From assembly GCF_002854065.1 (NCBI RefSeq), contig NZ_CP024153.1: a stretch of DNA of 64,000 bases; one strand, 5' to 3'. The stretch comes from Escherichia coli. Lineage in GTDB: Bacteria > Pseudomonadota > Gammaproteobacteria > Enterobacterales > Enterobacteriaceae. Below, one piece after another: positions 28,866-38,487 of the stretch. Numbering within the stretch: position 1 is the stretch's first letter; each line of letters starts with the position of its first letter. Position numbers and translations under genes: made by a program. Below the pieces are notes generated by a model, which was given only the letters and a program-made list of their open reading frames with translations, searched no databases and was not told the DNA's origin.

Positions 28866-31800
28866 CTAGGCGGGCAGATCCTCCTGGACCGGCTTCCTGC
28901 GGGTCACCAGTTTCCGTAGCGTCACGTAAAACACCGGCGTCAGGAACAGACCGAAGAGCGTCACGCCCAGCATCCCGGAGAACACCGTGATCCCGGTGAC
29001 GCCGCGGACTTCCGCCCCCGCGCCGTGGCCGAGGATCAGCGGAATGGTCCCGGCGATAAAGGCGATGGAGGTCATCACGATCGGGCGCAGACGCAGGCGG
29101 CATGCCTCCAGCGCCGCTTCCATGATGCCTTTCCCCTGGATCTCCAGCTCGCGGGCAAACTCGACGATCAGAATGGCGTTTTTACAGGCCAGGCCCATCA
29201 GGACCACCAGACCCACCTGCACGAAGACGTTGTTATCGCCCCCGGTCAGCCAGACGCCAAACAGCGCGGAGAGCATCGTCATCGGTACGATAAGGATCAC
29301 CGCCAGCGGCAGGGTCCAGCTTTCATACAGCGCGGCCAGTACGAGGAATGCCAGCAGCACCGCCACCGGGAAGACGATCAGCGCCGTGTTGCCCTGGGTG
29401 GCCTGCTGGAAGCTGAGATCCGTCCACTCAATATTCATCCCATTCGGCAGGATCTGCTTCGACAGCTCTTCCAGATGCGTCATCGCCTGCGAAGAAGAGA
29501 GGACCCGCGGATCGGCATCGCCAATCAGGTCCGCCGCCGGATAACCGTTGTAGCGGATCACCGGATCCGGCCCGTAGGTGGTACTGATATTCACCATACT
29601 GCCGATCGGTACCATTTCGCCCTGATTATTGCGGGTGCGCAGATTGGCGATATCTTCCACGCTCTCGCGGTATGGTCCGTCAGCCTGGGCCATCACGCGC
29701 CAGGTACGCCCGAACTGGTTAAAGTCATTGACATAAGACGAGCCGAGATAGGTCTGCAGCGTACCGAACAGATCGGTTAGCGATACCCCCTGCGCTTTCG
29801 CCTTATCGCGATCGACCTGCACGTCCAGCTGCGGCACGTTAGCCTGGTAAGTCGAGATCGGGAAGTGCATCCCCGGCGTCTGCATAATCGCCCCGGACAT
29901 CGCATTCACCGCGCTTTGCAGCGCGCCATAGCCCAGCCCTCCGCGATCCTGGATGTACAGGGAGTAGCCGGAACCCTGACCCAGACCTAAAATCGGCGGC
30001 GGCAGGATGGAAAAGCCAAAGCCCTGCTGGATTTGCGCGATTTTGGCGTTGATCTCCGCGTTAATTTCCGCCGCCGTGTGTTTGCGCTGGTCGAACGGTT
30101 TCAGGCCAAAAAAGACCGTCCCGGTATTCGGCGTGTTGGTGAACTGCAGCGCGTTAAGCCCCGGGAAAGCGACCGCATAGTCGACCCCTTCGGTATTCAT
30201 CCCGATCTCGCTCATTTTGCGGATCACCGCGTCGGTGCGCGCCAGCGACGACCCTTCCGGCATCTTCACGCCGCCAATGAGATACAGCTTATCCTGGGTG
30301 GGAATAAACCCGCCGGGGACGACTTTAAACATCACCCCAGCGGCGCAGAGCAGCAGCAGGTACACCGCAAACACTGCGCCACGGCGTCCAAGCGTTTTGC
30401 CTACCAGTCCCTGATAGCCGTTCGAGCTGCGCAGGAAAAAGCGGTTAAACGGACGGAAAATCCAGCCAAACAGGCGATCGATCAGCCGGGTAGGGAGGTC
30501 TTTCTTCGCGCCGTGCGGCTTTAACAGCAGGGCCGCCAGCGCCGGGGAGAGCGTCAGCGAGTTGATGGCCGAGATCACCGTCGAGATGGCGATGGTCACC
30601 GCGAACTGTTTGTAGAACTGGCCGGTGACCCCGGAGAGAAACGCCATCGGCACGAACACCGCACACAGCACCAGCGCAATGGCGATAATCGGCCCGGAGA
30701 CCTCACGCATCGCCTGATGCGCCGCGGCAAGCGGCGCAAGCCCCTCTTCGATATTACGCTCGACGTTCTCCACCACCACGATGGCGTCGTCCACCACGAT
30801 ACCGATAGCCAGTACCAGCCCGAACAGGCTCAGGGTATTCAGCGAGAAGCCCAGCAGATAGAGAATGCTGAAGGTACCCACCACCGATACCGGCACAGCG
30901 ATCAACGGGATAATCGACGCGCGCCAGGTCTGCAGGAACAGGATCACTACCAGCACCACCAGCACTACCGCCTCCAGCAGCGTCTGCACCACCGCGCGGA
31001 TGGAGTCGCGGACGAAAACCGTCGGGTCGTACGGCGCCGCCCATTGCATATCTTCCGGGAAGCGGGTGGCCAGCTCGGCCATTTTGGCGCGTACCGCGTT
31101 CGACAGATCGATGGCGTTAGCGCCGGGTGACTGGAAGATACCGATCCCGACCGCATCCTTATTGTTGAGCTGGGAGCGCAGCGCATAGCTACCGGAACCC
31201 ATCTCGATGCGCGCCACGTCGCGCAGGCGGACCAGCGAGCCATCCTGCGCCGTTTTCAGAATGATATTGCCAAACTCTTCTTCGGTATGCAGACGGCCCT
31301 GGGCGTTAATGGAGATCAGGAAATCGCTCTCCTGCGGCAGCGGCTCGGCGCCAAGCTGTCCGGCAGACACCTGGACGTTTTGCTCCTGCATCGCCGTCAC
31401 CACATCCGAGGCCGTCAGACCGCGGGCAGCGACCTTATTGGGATCCAGCCAGACGCGCATCGCATATTCACCGGAGCCAAAAATCTGGATCTGGCCGACG
31501 CCGGGCAGGCGCGCCAGCTCATCCTTCACTTTCAGCGTGGCGTAGTTGCGCATATACAGCGAGTCGTACTTCCCGCCGGGGGAGAACAGATGCACCACCA
31601 GGGTCAGCGTCGGAGACTGCTTCTGGGTGGTGATCCCCAGACGGCGTACATCCTCCGGCAGACGCGCTTCGGCCTGCGCGACGCGGTTCTGCACCTGAAC
31701 CTGCGCCTGATCCGGGTCGGTACCCGGGCGGAAGGTGACGGTGGTGACCAGCACGCCGTCGGAGCCGGCGACCGATTTCATGTACATCATGTTTTCAACG

Positions 31801-32018
31801 CCGTTGATCGCTTCCTCCAGCGGCGTCGCCACGGTCTCGGCAATCACTTTCGGGTTGGCGCCGGGATACTCCGCGCGCACCTGGACGCTCGGCGGGACGA
31901 CATCCGGATATTCGCTCACCGGCAGCAGTGGGATAGCGATTAACCCGGTGATAAAAATTAAAATCGACAGCACCGCGGCGAAAATCGGCCTGTCGATAAA
32001 AAAGCGGGAAAAGTCCAT
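28866..32018 (-). CDS. oqxB: OqxB RND multidrug efflux transporter
   Basis: 1050 aa MDFSRFFIDRPIFAAVLSILIFITGLIAIPLLPVSEYPDVVPPSVQVRAEYPGANPKV... Confidence 0.93.
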   Translation of the reverse strand: MDFSRFFIDRPIFAAVLSILIFITGLIAIPLLPVSEYPDVVPPSVQVRAEYPGANPKVIAETVATPLEEAINGVENMMYMKSVAGSDGVLVTTVTFRPGTDPDQAQVQVQNRVAQAEARLPEDVRRLGITTQKQSPTLTLVVHLFSPGGKYDSLYMRNYATLKVKDELARLPGVGQIQIFGSGEYAMRVWLDPNKVAARGLTASDVVTAMQEQNVQVSAGQLGAEPLPQESDFLISINAQGRLHTEEEFGNIILKTAQDGSLVRLRDVARIEMGSGSYALRSQLNNKDAVGIGIFQSPGANAIDLSNAVRAKMAELATRFPEDMQWAAPYDPTVFVRDSIRAVVQTLLEAVVLVVLVVILFLQTWRASIIPLIAVPVSVVGTFSILYLLGFSLNTLSLFGLVLAIGIVVDDAIVVVENVERNIEEGLAPLAAAHQAMREVSGPIIAIALVLCAVFVPMAFLSGVTGQFYKQFAVTIAISTVISAINSLTLSPALAALLLKPHGAKKDLPTRLIDRLFGWIFRPFNRFFLRSSNGYQGLVGKTLGRRGAVFAVYLLLLCAAGVMFKVVPGGFIPTQDKLYLIGGVKMPEGSSLARTDAVIRKMSEIGMNTEGVDYAVAFPGLNALQFTNTPNTGTVFFGLKPFDQRKHTAAEINAEINAKIAQIQQGFGFSILPPPILGLGQGSGYSLYIQDRGGLGYGALQSAVNAMSGAIMQTPGMHFPISTYQANVPQLDVQVDRDKAKAQGVSLTDLFGTLQTYLGSSYVNDFNQFGRTWRVMAQADGPYRESVEDIANLRTRNNQGEMVPIGSMVNISTTYGPDPVIRYNGYPAADLIGDADPRVLSSSQAMTHLEELSKQILPNGMNIEWTDLSFQQATQGNTALIVFPVAVLLAFLVLAALYESWTLPLAVILIVPMTMLSALFGVWLTGGDNNVFVQVGLVVLMGLACKNAILIVEFARELEIQGKGIMEAALEACRLRLRPIVMTSIAFIAGTIPLILGHGAGAEVRGVTGITVFSGMLGVTLFGLFLTPVFYVTLRKLVTRRKPVQEDLPA

Positions 32019-32041
32019 GTCTTGGATTCTCTGATTAGGGA

Positions 32042-33217
32042 TCAGTTAAGGGTGGCGCTGGAGGTCATGGCAACGGTTTTGGCGTTAACCGGCATACCCG
32101 GCATAAACACTTTTTGTAAGCCGTCGACGATGACGCTATCCCCAGGATTCAACCCCTTCTGAACGATGCGTAAACCGTCTGCCAGCCGCCCTGGGGTAAT
32201 GTCGCGGCGCTGTGCTTTACCATCTTTATCAACGATATAGACGTATTTACGATCCTGATCGGTCAGTACCGCTTTGTCGTCGATCAGCGTGGCTTTGAAC
32301 TCTGCGCTGCCCGGCAGACGCACGCGGGCAAACAGCCCCGGCGTGAACAGACGCTGCGAGTTATCCAGCAGCGCACGCATGCGGATGGTGCCGGTACTCG
32401 GCGTTAACTGATTATCGAGAAAATCCACTTTGCCCTGGTGGGGGTAACCCTCCTCGCCCACCAGGCCAATCTCCACCGGGAGCGCCTGATTATCGCTGGA
32501 CGCGCCTTGCCCGCGGCGGGCGAGGTTTTGATAGTGGAGGTAGGTTGACTCGTCGACGTCAAAGTAGACGTACACCGTCTTTTGCGAGACCAGGGTGGTG
32601 AGCACGCTGGCGGTGTCGCCCGCGGTGACCAGGTTACCGCTGGTGATCAGCGCCCGGCTGGCGCGGCCGTCAATAGGGGCGGTCACTTTGGTGAAGTCGA
32701 GGTTAAGCTGCGCGGCATCCACCGCCGCCTGCGCGGCGCGAATGTCGGCCTGCGCCTGAACCGCGGCTGACCGGCGCTGCTCCCACTCTTCACGGGAGAC
32801 GAGGTTGGTATGGACTAATTTATCGGTGCGGTTCGCCTCGCTTTGCGCGAGGCTGGCCTGCGTTTTGGCTCTTGCCAACGCCGCCTGCGCCTGCTCCAGC
32901 GCGGCGCGATAGGTTCTGTCATCTATCGTGAACAGCACCTGGCCCTTTTTTACCTCCTGGCCGTCAGTGTAATTCACTTTATCAATGTATCCCGAGACGC
33001 GAGGGCGAAGCTGAACGCTCTCCACCGCTTCAATGCGACCGTTAAAACTATCCCACTGACTGATCGACTTCACCAGCACCTTAGCGGCGCTGACCGTCGG
33101 GGCGGGAGGCGCAGCATTCTGTGCGACGCTGTCGTCGCAGCCGACGAGCAGAAAGGAGAGCATCATCGCGCCGAGCGCGGTCAGGTGAATGTTTCCCCAG
33201 GTTTTTTGCAGGCTCAT
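32042..33217 (-). CDS. oqxA: OqxA periplasmic adaptor (membrane fusion protein)
   Basis: 391 aa MSLQKTWGNIHLTALGAMMLSFLLVGCDDSVAQNAAPPAPTVSAAKVLVK... Confidence 0.93.
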   Translation of the reverse strand: MSLQKTWGNIHLTALGAMMLSFLLVGCDDSVAQNAAPPAPTVSAAKVLVKSISQWDSFNGRIEAVESVQLRPRVSGYIDKVNYTDGQEVKKGQVLFTIDDRTYRAALEQAQAALARAKTQASLAQSEANRTDKLVHTNLVSREEWEQRRSAAVQAQADIRAAQAAVDAAQLNLDFTKVTAPIDGRASRALITSGNLVTAGDTASVLTTLVSQKTVYVYFDVDESTYLHYQNLARRGQGASSDNQALPVEIGLVGEEGYPHQGKVDFLDNQLTPSTGTIRMRALLDNSQRLFTPGLFARVRLPGSAEFKATLIDDKAVLTDQDRKYVYIVDKDGKAQRRDITPGRLADGLRIVQKGLNPGDSVIVDGLQKVFMPGMPVNAKTVAMTSSATLN

Positions 33218-33473
33218 TATTTTTATTCCGGTAAATGTAGCCGCCGGGCAAGACGCAGCGTGAGAAGCCGCGCCACTTCCTTTGTCCGGGCTGGCTTAAG
33301 GCCATTTGTGTCGATCATCGCCACAAAACTGTAACAATTTCGAATACACTATCGCGGCGATTGTAGGAAGGCGCTTAACTAAGTGCAAGAATAATTGTTG
33401 CACTTTATGTGCGGTCCAGGGGGGGGATAAAAAACCGCGATCCCGGCGTGGATTTAAATGTAACAATAAAACT

Positions 33474-34293
33474 GGCACTGTTGCAAATAGTCGGTGGTGA
33501 TAAACTTATCATCCCCTTTTGCTGATGGAGCTGCACATGAACCCATTCAAAGGCCGGCATTTTCAGCGTGACATCATTCTGTGGGCCGTACGCTGGTACT
33601 GCAAATACGGCATCAGTTACCGTGAGCTGCAGGAGATGCTGGCTGAACGCGGAGTGAATGTCGATCACTCCACGATTTACCGCTGGGTTCAGCGTTATGC
33701 GCCTGAAATGGAAAAACGGCTGCGCTGGTACTGGCGTAACCCTTCCGATCTTTGCCCGTGGCACATGGATGAAACCTACGTGAAGGTCAATGGCCGCTGG
33801 GCGTATCTGTACCGGGCCGTCGACAGCCGGGGCCGCACTGTCGATTTTTATCTCTCCTCCCGTCGTAACAGCAAAGCTGCATACCGGTTTCTGGGTAAAA
33901 TCCTCAACAACGTGAAGAAGTGGCAGATCCCACGATTCATCAACACGGATAAAGCGCCCGCCTATGGTCGCGCGCTTGCTCTGCTCAAACGCGAAGGCCG
34001 GTGCCCGTCTGACGTTGAACACCGACAGATTAAGTACCGGAACAACGTGATTGAATGCGATCATGGCAAACTGAAACGGATAATCAACGCCACGCTGGGA
34101 TTTAAATCCATGAAGACGGCTTACGCCACCATCAAAGGTATTGAGGTGATGCGTGCACTACGCAAAGGCCAGGCCTCAGCATTTTATTATGGTGATCCCC
34201 TGGGCGAAATGCGCCTGGTAAGCAGAGTTTTTGAAATGTAAGGCCTTTGAATAAGACAAAAGGCTGCCTCATCGCTAACTTTGCAACAGTGCC
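33474..34293 (+). mobile_element. IS26 copy 7 (Asn184 variant); right arm of Tn6010-like oqx unit
   Basis: 820 bp with terminal repeats; same orientation as copy 6. Confidence 0.95.
33519..34241 (+). CDS. tnpA: IS26 transposase Tnp26 (Asn184 form)
   Basis: 240-aa ORF. Confidence 0.95.
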   Translation: MLMELHMNPFKGRHFQRDIILWAVRWYCKYGISYRELQEMLAERGVNVDHSTIYRWVQRYAPEMEKRLRWYWRNPSDLCPWHMDETYVKVNGRWAYLYRAVDSRGRTVDFYLSSRRNSKAAYRFLGKILNNVKKWQIPRFINTDKAPAYGRALALLKREGRCPSDVEHRQIKYRNNVIECDHGKLKRIINATLGFKSMKTAYATIKGIEVMRALRKGQASAFYYGDPLGEMRLVSRVFEM

Positions 34294-35115
34294 CTCCCGA
34301 TTAACTGGCAGATGACACGCCTCCTGAAAACCCCTAGCATACGCCGCAGTGTTCATGCTAACGGCGAATTCCAGTAAATGTATTCTACCGATGTCGTAAA
34401 AGAAAATGCTTACCTTTCAGCCACCCGCTCGGGGCTGGAATCGAACGAGATCGCTATCCTTCAGCGCTCTTTGCCTTCCCGCTTTAATCTTCGGCATTTG
34501 AAAAAAAATGAATCATTAAAACTCGTACTGCAAAAGAAAGCGGGAAAATCACGTGTAGTGGCTTATAAATTTACGTCCGGCTCATTTAATTACACGGCGT
34601 ATCGTATATCAGACAAAAAGTTCTATAATCTTTCCGATACTTCCGGGAAAGGCAGTCTCGATTATCCGTTACCAGCCACAGCAAGACTCAGTTCACCTTT
34701 CAATCCTGCAAGACTTAACCCGGTATCGGGAAAAGTGAGTCCCCATAATGGCATTGATTATTCCATGCCCATGAACACGAAAATAGTCAGCGTCATCGAC
34801 GGAAAAATCACCCGGGCCGAATACAACAGTACCATGGGATATTTTGTTGAAGTAACGGGAAAAGCCGGTGTTAAAACTCGCTATCTCCACCTCAATAAAA
34901 TACTCGTTACTAAAGGGGCCAGAGTTACCCGGGGAGGTGCTATTGCGTTATCCGGTAACAGCGGACGTTCATCCGGTCCTCATTTACATTATGAGCTGGT
35001 CATCAATAACAATCCTGTTAATTCACTGGCGTTCCGGGCATCGGCACCCGCTGATAACAAACTCGAACAGCATGCCTTTGCGCATGCCAGAGACTACGAA
35101 CGATACCTGGACTGA
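34294..35115 (+). pseudogene. M23-family metallopeptidase gene, 5'-truncated by IS26
   Basis: C-terminal ...PHNGIDYSMPMNTKIVSVIDGKI...GNSGRSSGPHLHYEL... M23 (LytM-type) signature; no native start (ORF begins in the IS26 end). Confidence 0.7.
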
Positions 35116-35148
35116 TAACGGGACCGCGACGCGGCCCCGTTTGCCGGA

Positions 35149-35346
35149 TTAATTTTTTTTATTGTTTTCACTTCCGTGATGTTGGTGATCCCCATGCCCT
35201 CCGTGGCCGTGGAAAAGATGCATTAGCGGGCAGACCAGCAATAACAGATATGGCCAGTAACCTGCCACATGTGACCAGTGTTCTCGCAGGAGGGCAAATG
35301 CCGCGATCGCGGCGACAGCAATAAGCGCATAGGTGGTACTTTTCAT
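35149..35346 (-). CDS. Small His-rich membrane protein (DUF2933-like) downstream of silP
   Basis: 65 aa with one TM helix and HGHGGHGDHQHHG tail. Confidence 0.5.
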   Translation of the reverse strand: MKSTTYALIAVAAIAAFALLREHWSHVAGYWPYLLLLVCPLMHLFHGHGGHGDHQHHGSENNKKN

Positions 35347-35386
35347 ACTGGACTCCTTCTGTTCATAACAGACCCTTCACTCAGTG

Positions 35387-37864
35387 TTATTTCCCGAGCC
35401 TGACACTTTTCAGACGCAACGCATTCACAATGACGCTGACGGAAGAAAGAGCCATGGCCGCCGCCGCAATAACTGGCGACAGCAGTATTCCATACACAGG
35501 ATAAAGCAGGCCTGCAGCCACCGGCACACCAAGTGCGTTGTAGATAAATGCAAAAAACAGATTCTGTCGGATATTTTTCATGGTGATCTCTGACAGATGA
35601 CGGGCCCTGTTCAGTATCATCAGGTCGCCTTTGAGAAGGGTGACTCCGGCACTTTCAATTGCCACATCTGTACCCGTTCCCATGGCTATTCCCACGTCAG
35701 CCGCTGCCAGCGCCGGGGCATCATTCACACCGTCTCCGGCCATCGCAACCACATGGCCAGACGCTTTCAGTCGGGTTATCACTGCTTTTTTGCCATCCGG
35801 CAGAATCCCGGCTTCAACCTCATCTATTCCCAGTTTCCGTGCGACTGCTTCAGCGGTAAGCTGGTTATCCCCGGTGAGCATAACGATGCGGATCCCCGCC
35901 TGACGCAACGCTTTAAGTGCATCCGGCGTGGTTGCTTTCACGGGATCCGAGATAGCTATCAGGCCTGCAAGGTACCCATCTGTGGCCACATAGATAACGG
36001 TAGCGCCTTCCATCCGCAACTTATCCGCAACGGCCTTTTGATTATCAATAACGATACTGTTTTCCTGCATAGCCAGTTCATTACCAATAACAACCCGTTG
36101 ACCTTCAACATCGCCTGAAACACCTTTCCCCGACGGAGCATTGAAATCACTGACTGCGGGTATCATGATCCCCCTGTGCTGGGCTGCCCGGACTACAGCC
36201 ATACCCAGCGGATGCTGCGAGCCTTTTTCCACTGCGGCCGCTACACGTAAAAGAGATGCTTCCCCACCCGGATTGAGACTGATAATCCCTGTCACCGTAG
36301 GCGAACCTTCCGTGAGCGTGCCTGTTTTGTCGACAACCAGCGTGTCCACTTTTTCAAGACGCTCAAGGGCTTCGGCATTCCTGATTAACACCCCGGCCTG
36401 GGCTCCTTTGCCTACCCCCACCATTATCGACATCGGTGTGGCCAGCCCCAGTGCGCAGGGGCAGGCAATAATCAGGACCGACACAGCCGCAATCAGACCG
36501 TGCGCCATCCTGGGCTCGGGCCCCCAGACAGACCAGATCACGAAAGCAACAACCGCGATAAGTATCACCAGAGGAACAAACCAGCCTGAAACGCTGTCAG
36601 CCATTCTCTGGATGGGGGCACGCGAACGCTGTGCATCAGCGACCATCTGAACAATTCGTGAGAGCATCGTTTCATCACCGACTTTCTCTGCACGGATGAT
36701 AAGACTACCTGTCTGATTAATCGTCCCCCCAATGACAGGGTCATCCTTCGTTTTGGTAACCGGCATAGACTCCCCGGTCACCATCGATTCATCAACGGTT
36801 GTTTTGCCTTCGATCACGATACCGTCGACCGGAATACTCTCTCCAGGTCTGATGCGGAGCTTATCGCCAGGCAGGACATCTTCCGCATTAATATCCGTTT
36901 CATGACCGTCATGATCCAGCCGTCTGGCGGTTTTGGGGGCAAGGTTCAGAAGCGCAGTAATGGCGCCTGAGGTTTGTTCCCGTGCCCGCAGCTCAAGAAC
37001 CTGTCCCAGCAGAACAAGCACCGTAATAACTGCTGCGGCTTCAAAATAAACGGCCACCAGGCCATCCATGTTTCTGAACGATGCAGGAAACCAGGAGGGG
37101 AAGACGGTTGCAATGACGCTGTAAACCCAGGCTACGCCGGTCCCCATTGCAACAAGGGTAAACATATTCAGGGAGCGGTTACGTAACGACATTCCGGCCC
37201 GGGCGAAGAATGGCCAGCCACACCACAACACGACAGGGGAGGCCAGAAGCAACTGCAGCCATGTGTTGTACTGTGGCGGTACTGTATTCCTCAAGTCGGG
37301 AAACAGATGAGATCCCATTTCGAGTACCAGAACCGGAAACGCCAGCAACAACCCCAGCCAGAAGCGTCTTGTCATGTCGTGAAGTTCATCACTCGGCCCC
37401 GTGGATGCCGTAGCTACGAGCGGCTCCAGTGCCATTCCACAGACAGGACAGCTTCCGGGACCACTGCGGCGTATCTCCGGGTGCATCGGACATGTCCACA
37501 CACCTTCAGAATTCTCTTTTTCCGCCTGGTGGTGAGGCTGTTTTATCTGATCAGGGCTGACTTCGTGATGATCGTGGTGATGGTGATGGGAATGTTCACT
37601 GGCATCTTCGGTAAGATAACGATCGGGATGGGCTTTAAATTTACTCTCACAGCTGGCGGAGCAGAAATAAAGTTGATGGTCCTGGTATCGAATGCTGCTG
37701 TGCGCCCTGTCGGGCAGGATGGCCATCCCGCACACGGGATCTCTCACCTTATGCAATACGTGGCCCTCGTCCGGGGATAATGTCTGCTCAGAAGCAGTCT
37801 GGTTGTTGTGTTGCACTGCATTGTTATTTTTCACTGTAACTCTCCTTATGCATATCTGAAGCAT
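35387..37864 (-). CDS. silP: SilP P1B-type heavy-metal (Ag+/Cu+) exporting ATPase
   Basis: 825 aa with CPC, DKTGT and GDGVNDAP motifs and His-rich N-terminus. Confidence 0.9.
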   Translation of the reverse strand: MLQICIRRVTVKNNNAVQHNNQTASEQTLSPDEGHVLHKVRDPVCGMAILPDRAHSSIRYQDHQLYFCSASCESKFKAHPDRYLTEDASEHSHHHHHDHHEVSPDQIKQPHHQAEKENSEGVWTCPMHPEIRRSGPGSCPVCGMALEPLVATASTGPSDELHDMTRRFWLGLLLAFPVLVLEMGSHLFPDLRNTVPPQYNTWLQLLLASPVVLWCGWPFFARAGMSLRNRSLNMFTLVAMGTGVAWVYSVIATVFPSWFPASFRNMDGLVAVYFEAAAVITVLVLLGQVLELRAREQTSGAITALLNLAPKTARRLDHDGHETDINAEDVLPGDKLRIRPGESIPVDGIVIEGKTTVDESMVTGESMPVTKTKDDPVIGGTINQTGSLIIRAEKVGDETMLSRIVQMVADAQRSRAPIQRMADSVSGWFVPLVILIAVVAFVIWSVWGPEPRMAHGLIAAVSVLIIACPCALGLATPMSIMVGVGKGAQAGVLIRNAEALERLEKVDTLVVDKTGTLTEGSPTVTGIISLNPGGEASLLRVAAAVEKGSQHPLGMAVVRAAQHRGIMIPAVSDFNAPSGKGVSGDVEGQRVVIGNELAMQENSIVIDNQKAVADKLRMEGATVIYVATDGYLAGLIAISDPVKATTPDALKALRQAGIRIVMLTGDNQLTAEAVARKLGIDEVEAGILPDGKKAVITRLKASGHVVAMAGDGVNDAPALAAADVGIAMGTGTDVAIESAGVTLLKGDLMILNRARHLSEITMKNIRQNLFFAFIYNALGVPVAAGLLYPVYGILLSPVIAAAAMALSSVSVIVNALRLKSVRLGK

Positions 37865-37960
37865 TTTTGTCTTCAGGGTATGTCATGGATGCGATTACCA
37901 CGAATATCGCCGGCACAGGAGTGCCTGCTACCGGCGTCCCGTTATCAGCCGTTCCGCTGA

Positions 37961-38407
37961 CTATTCGATTCGCTGGAAGACTTTTTTACTTCCATCCGGT
38001 GAGAATGCGATAACATCGTAAGCCTCTTTTCGGGCTCCCATCTCCATTCCAGGACTTCCTGCTGGCATACCGGGGGTGGCGAGACCGTATATACCCGAAC
38101 CAGACTGCATTGCCTTATGTATCGTTGTCGCAGGCACATGGCCTTCAATGATCAAATTACCGGCAACCGCGGTATGACAACTTCGTAGTCCTGCAGGAAT
38201 AGCATGCTTTTCTTTCAGGGCTGACAGCGCCTGATCATTCATGATGTGAGTTCGTACTTCAAACCCGTCTTTTTCCATCGCTTTGCCCCACAGGGAACAA
38301 CAGCCACAGTTTTCAGATTTGTACATATCAATCACTTTTTCACTCGCCATCGCGGGTAGTGAAAGGCCGAGAGCCAGCGCTATTAGAACCACTTTTTTCA
38401 TACTCAC
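37961..38407 (-). CDS. DUF411 periplasmic metal-binding protein (sil ORF105/SilG-like)
   Basis: 148 aa with signal peptide and CGCC motif; sits between silA and silP. Confidence 0.8.
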   Translation of the reverse strand: MSMKKVVLIALALGLSLPAMASEKVIDMYKSENCGCCSLWGKAMEKDGFEVRTHIMNDQALSALKEKHAIPAGLRSCHTAVAGNLIIEGHVPATTIHKAMQSGSGIYGLATPGMPAGSPGMEMGARKEAYDVIAFSPDGSKKVFQRIE

Positions 38408-38487
38408 CTCTGTATATTATCGATATAAACCCTGACGTCAGGGTGAATCAGTAAAGAAGGACACCCACAGGGGGTGCCCTTTCAGGT

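Noticed and set aside
28987-31943. Plus-strand ORFs inside oqxB (e.g. 28987-29544, 29025-29780, 30033-30524, 31287-31943)
   Set aside because: Antisense to a well-supported 1050-aa RND transporter gene; His/Arg-rich low-complexity translations.
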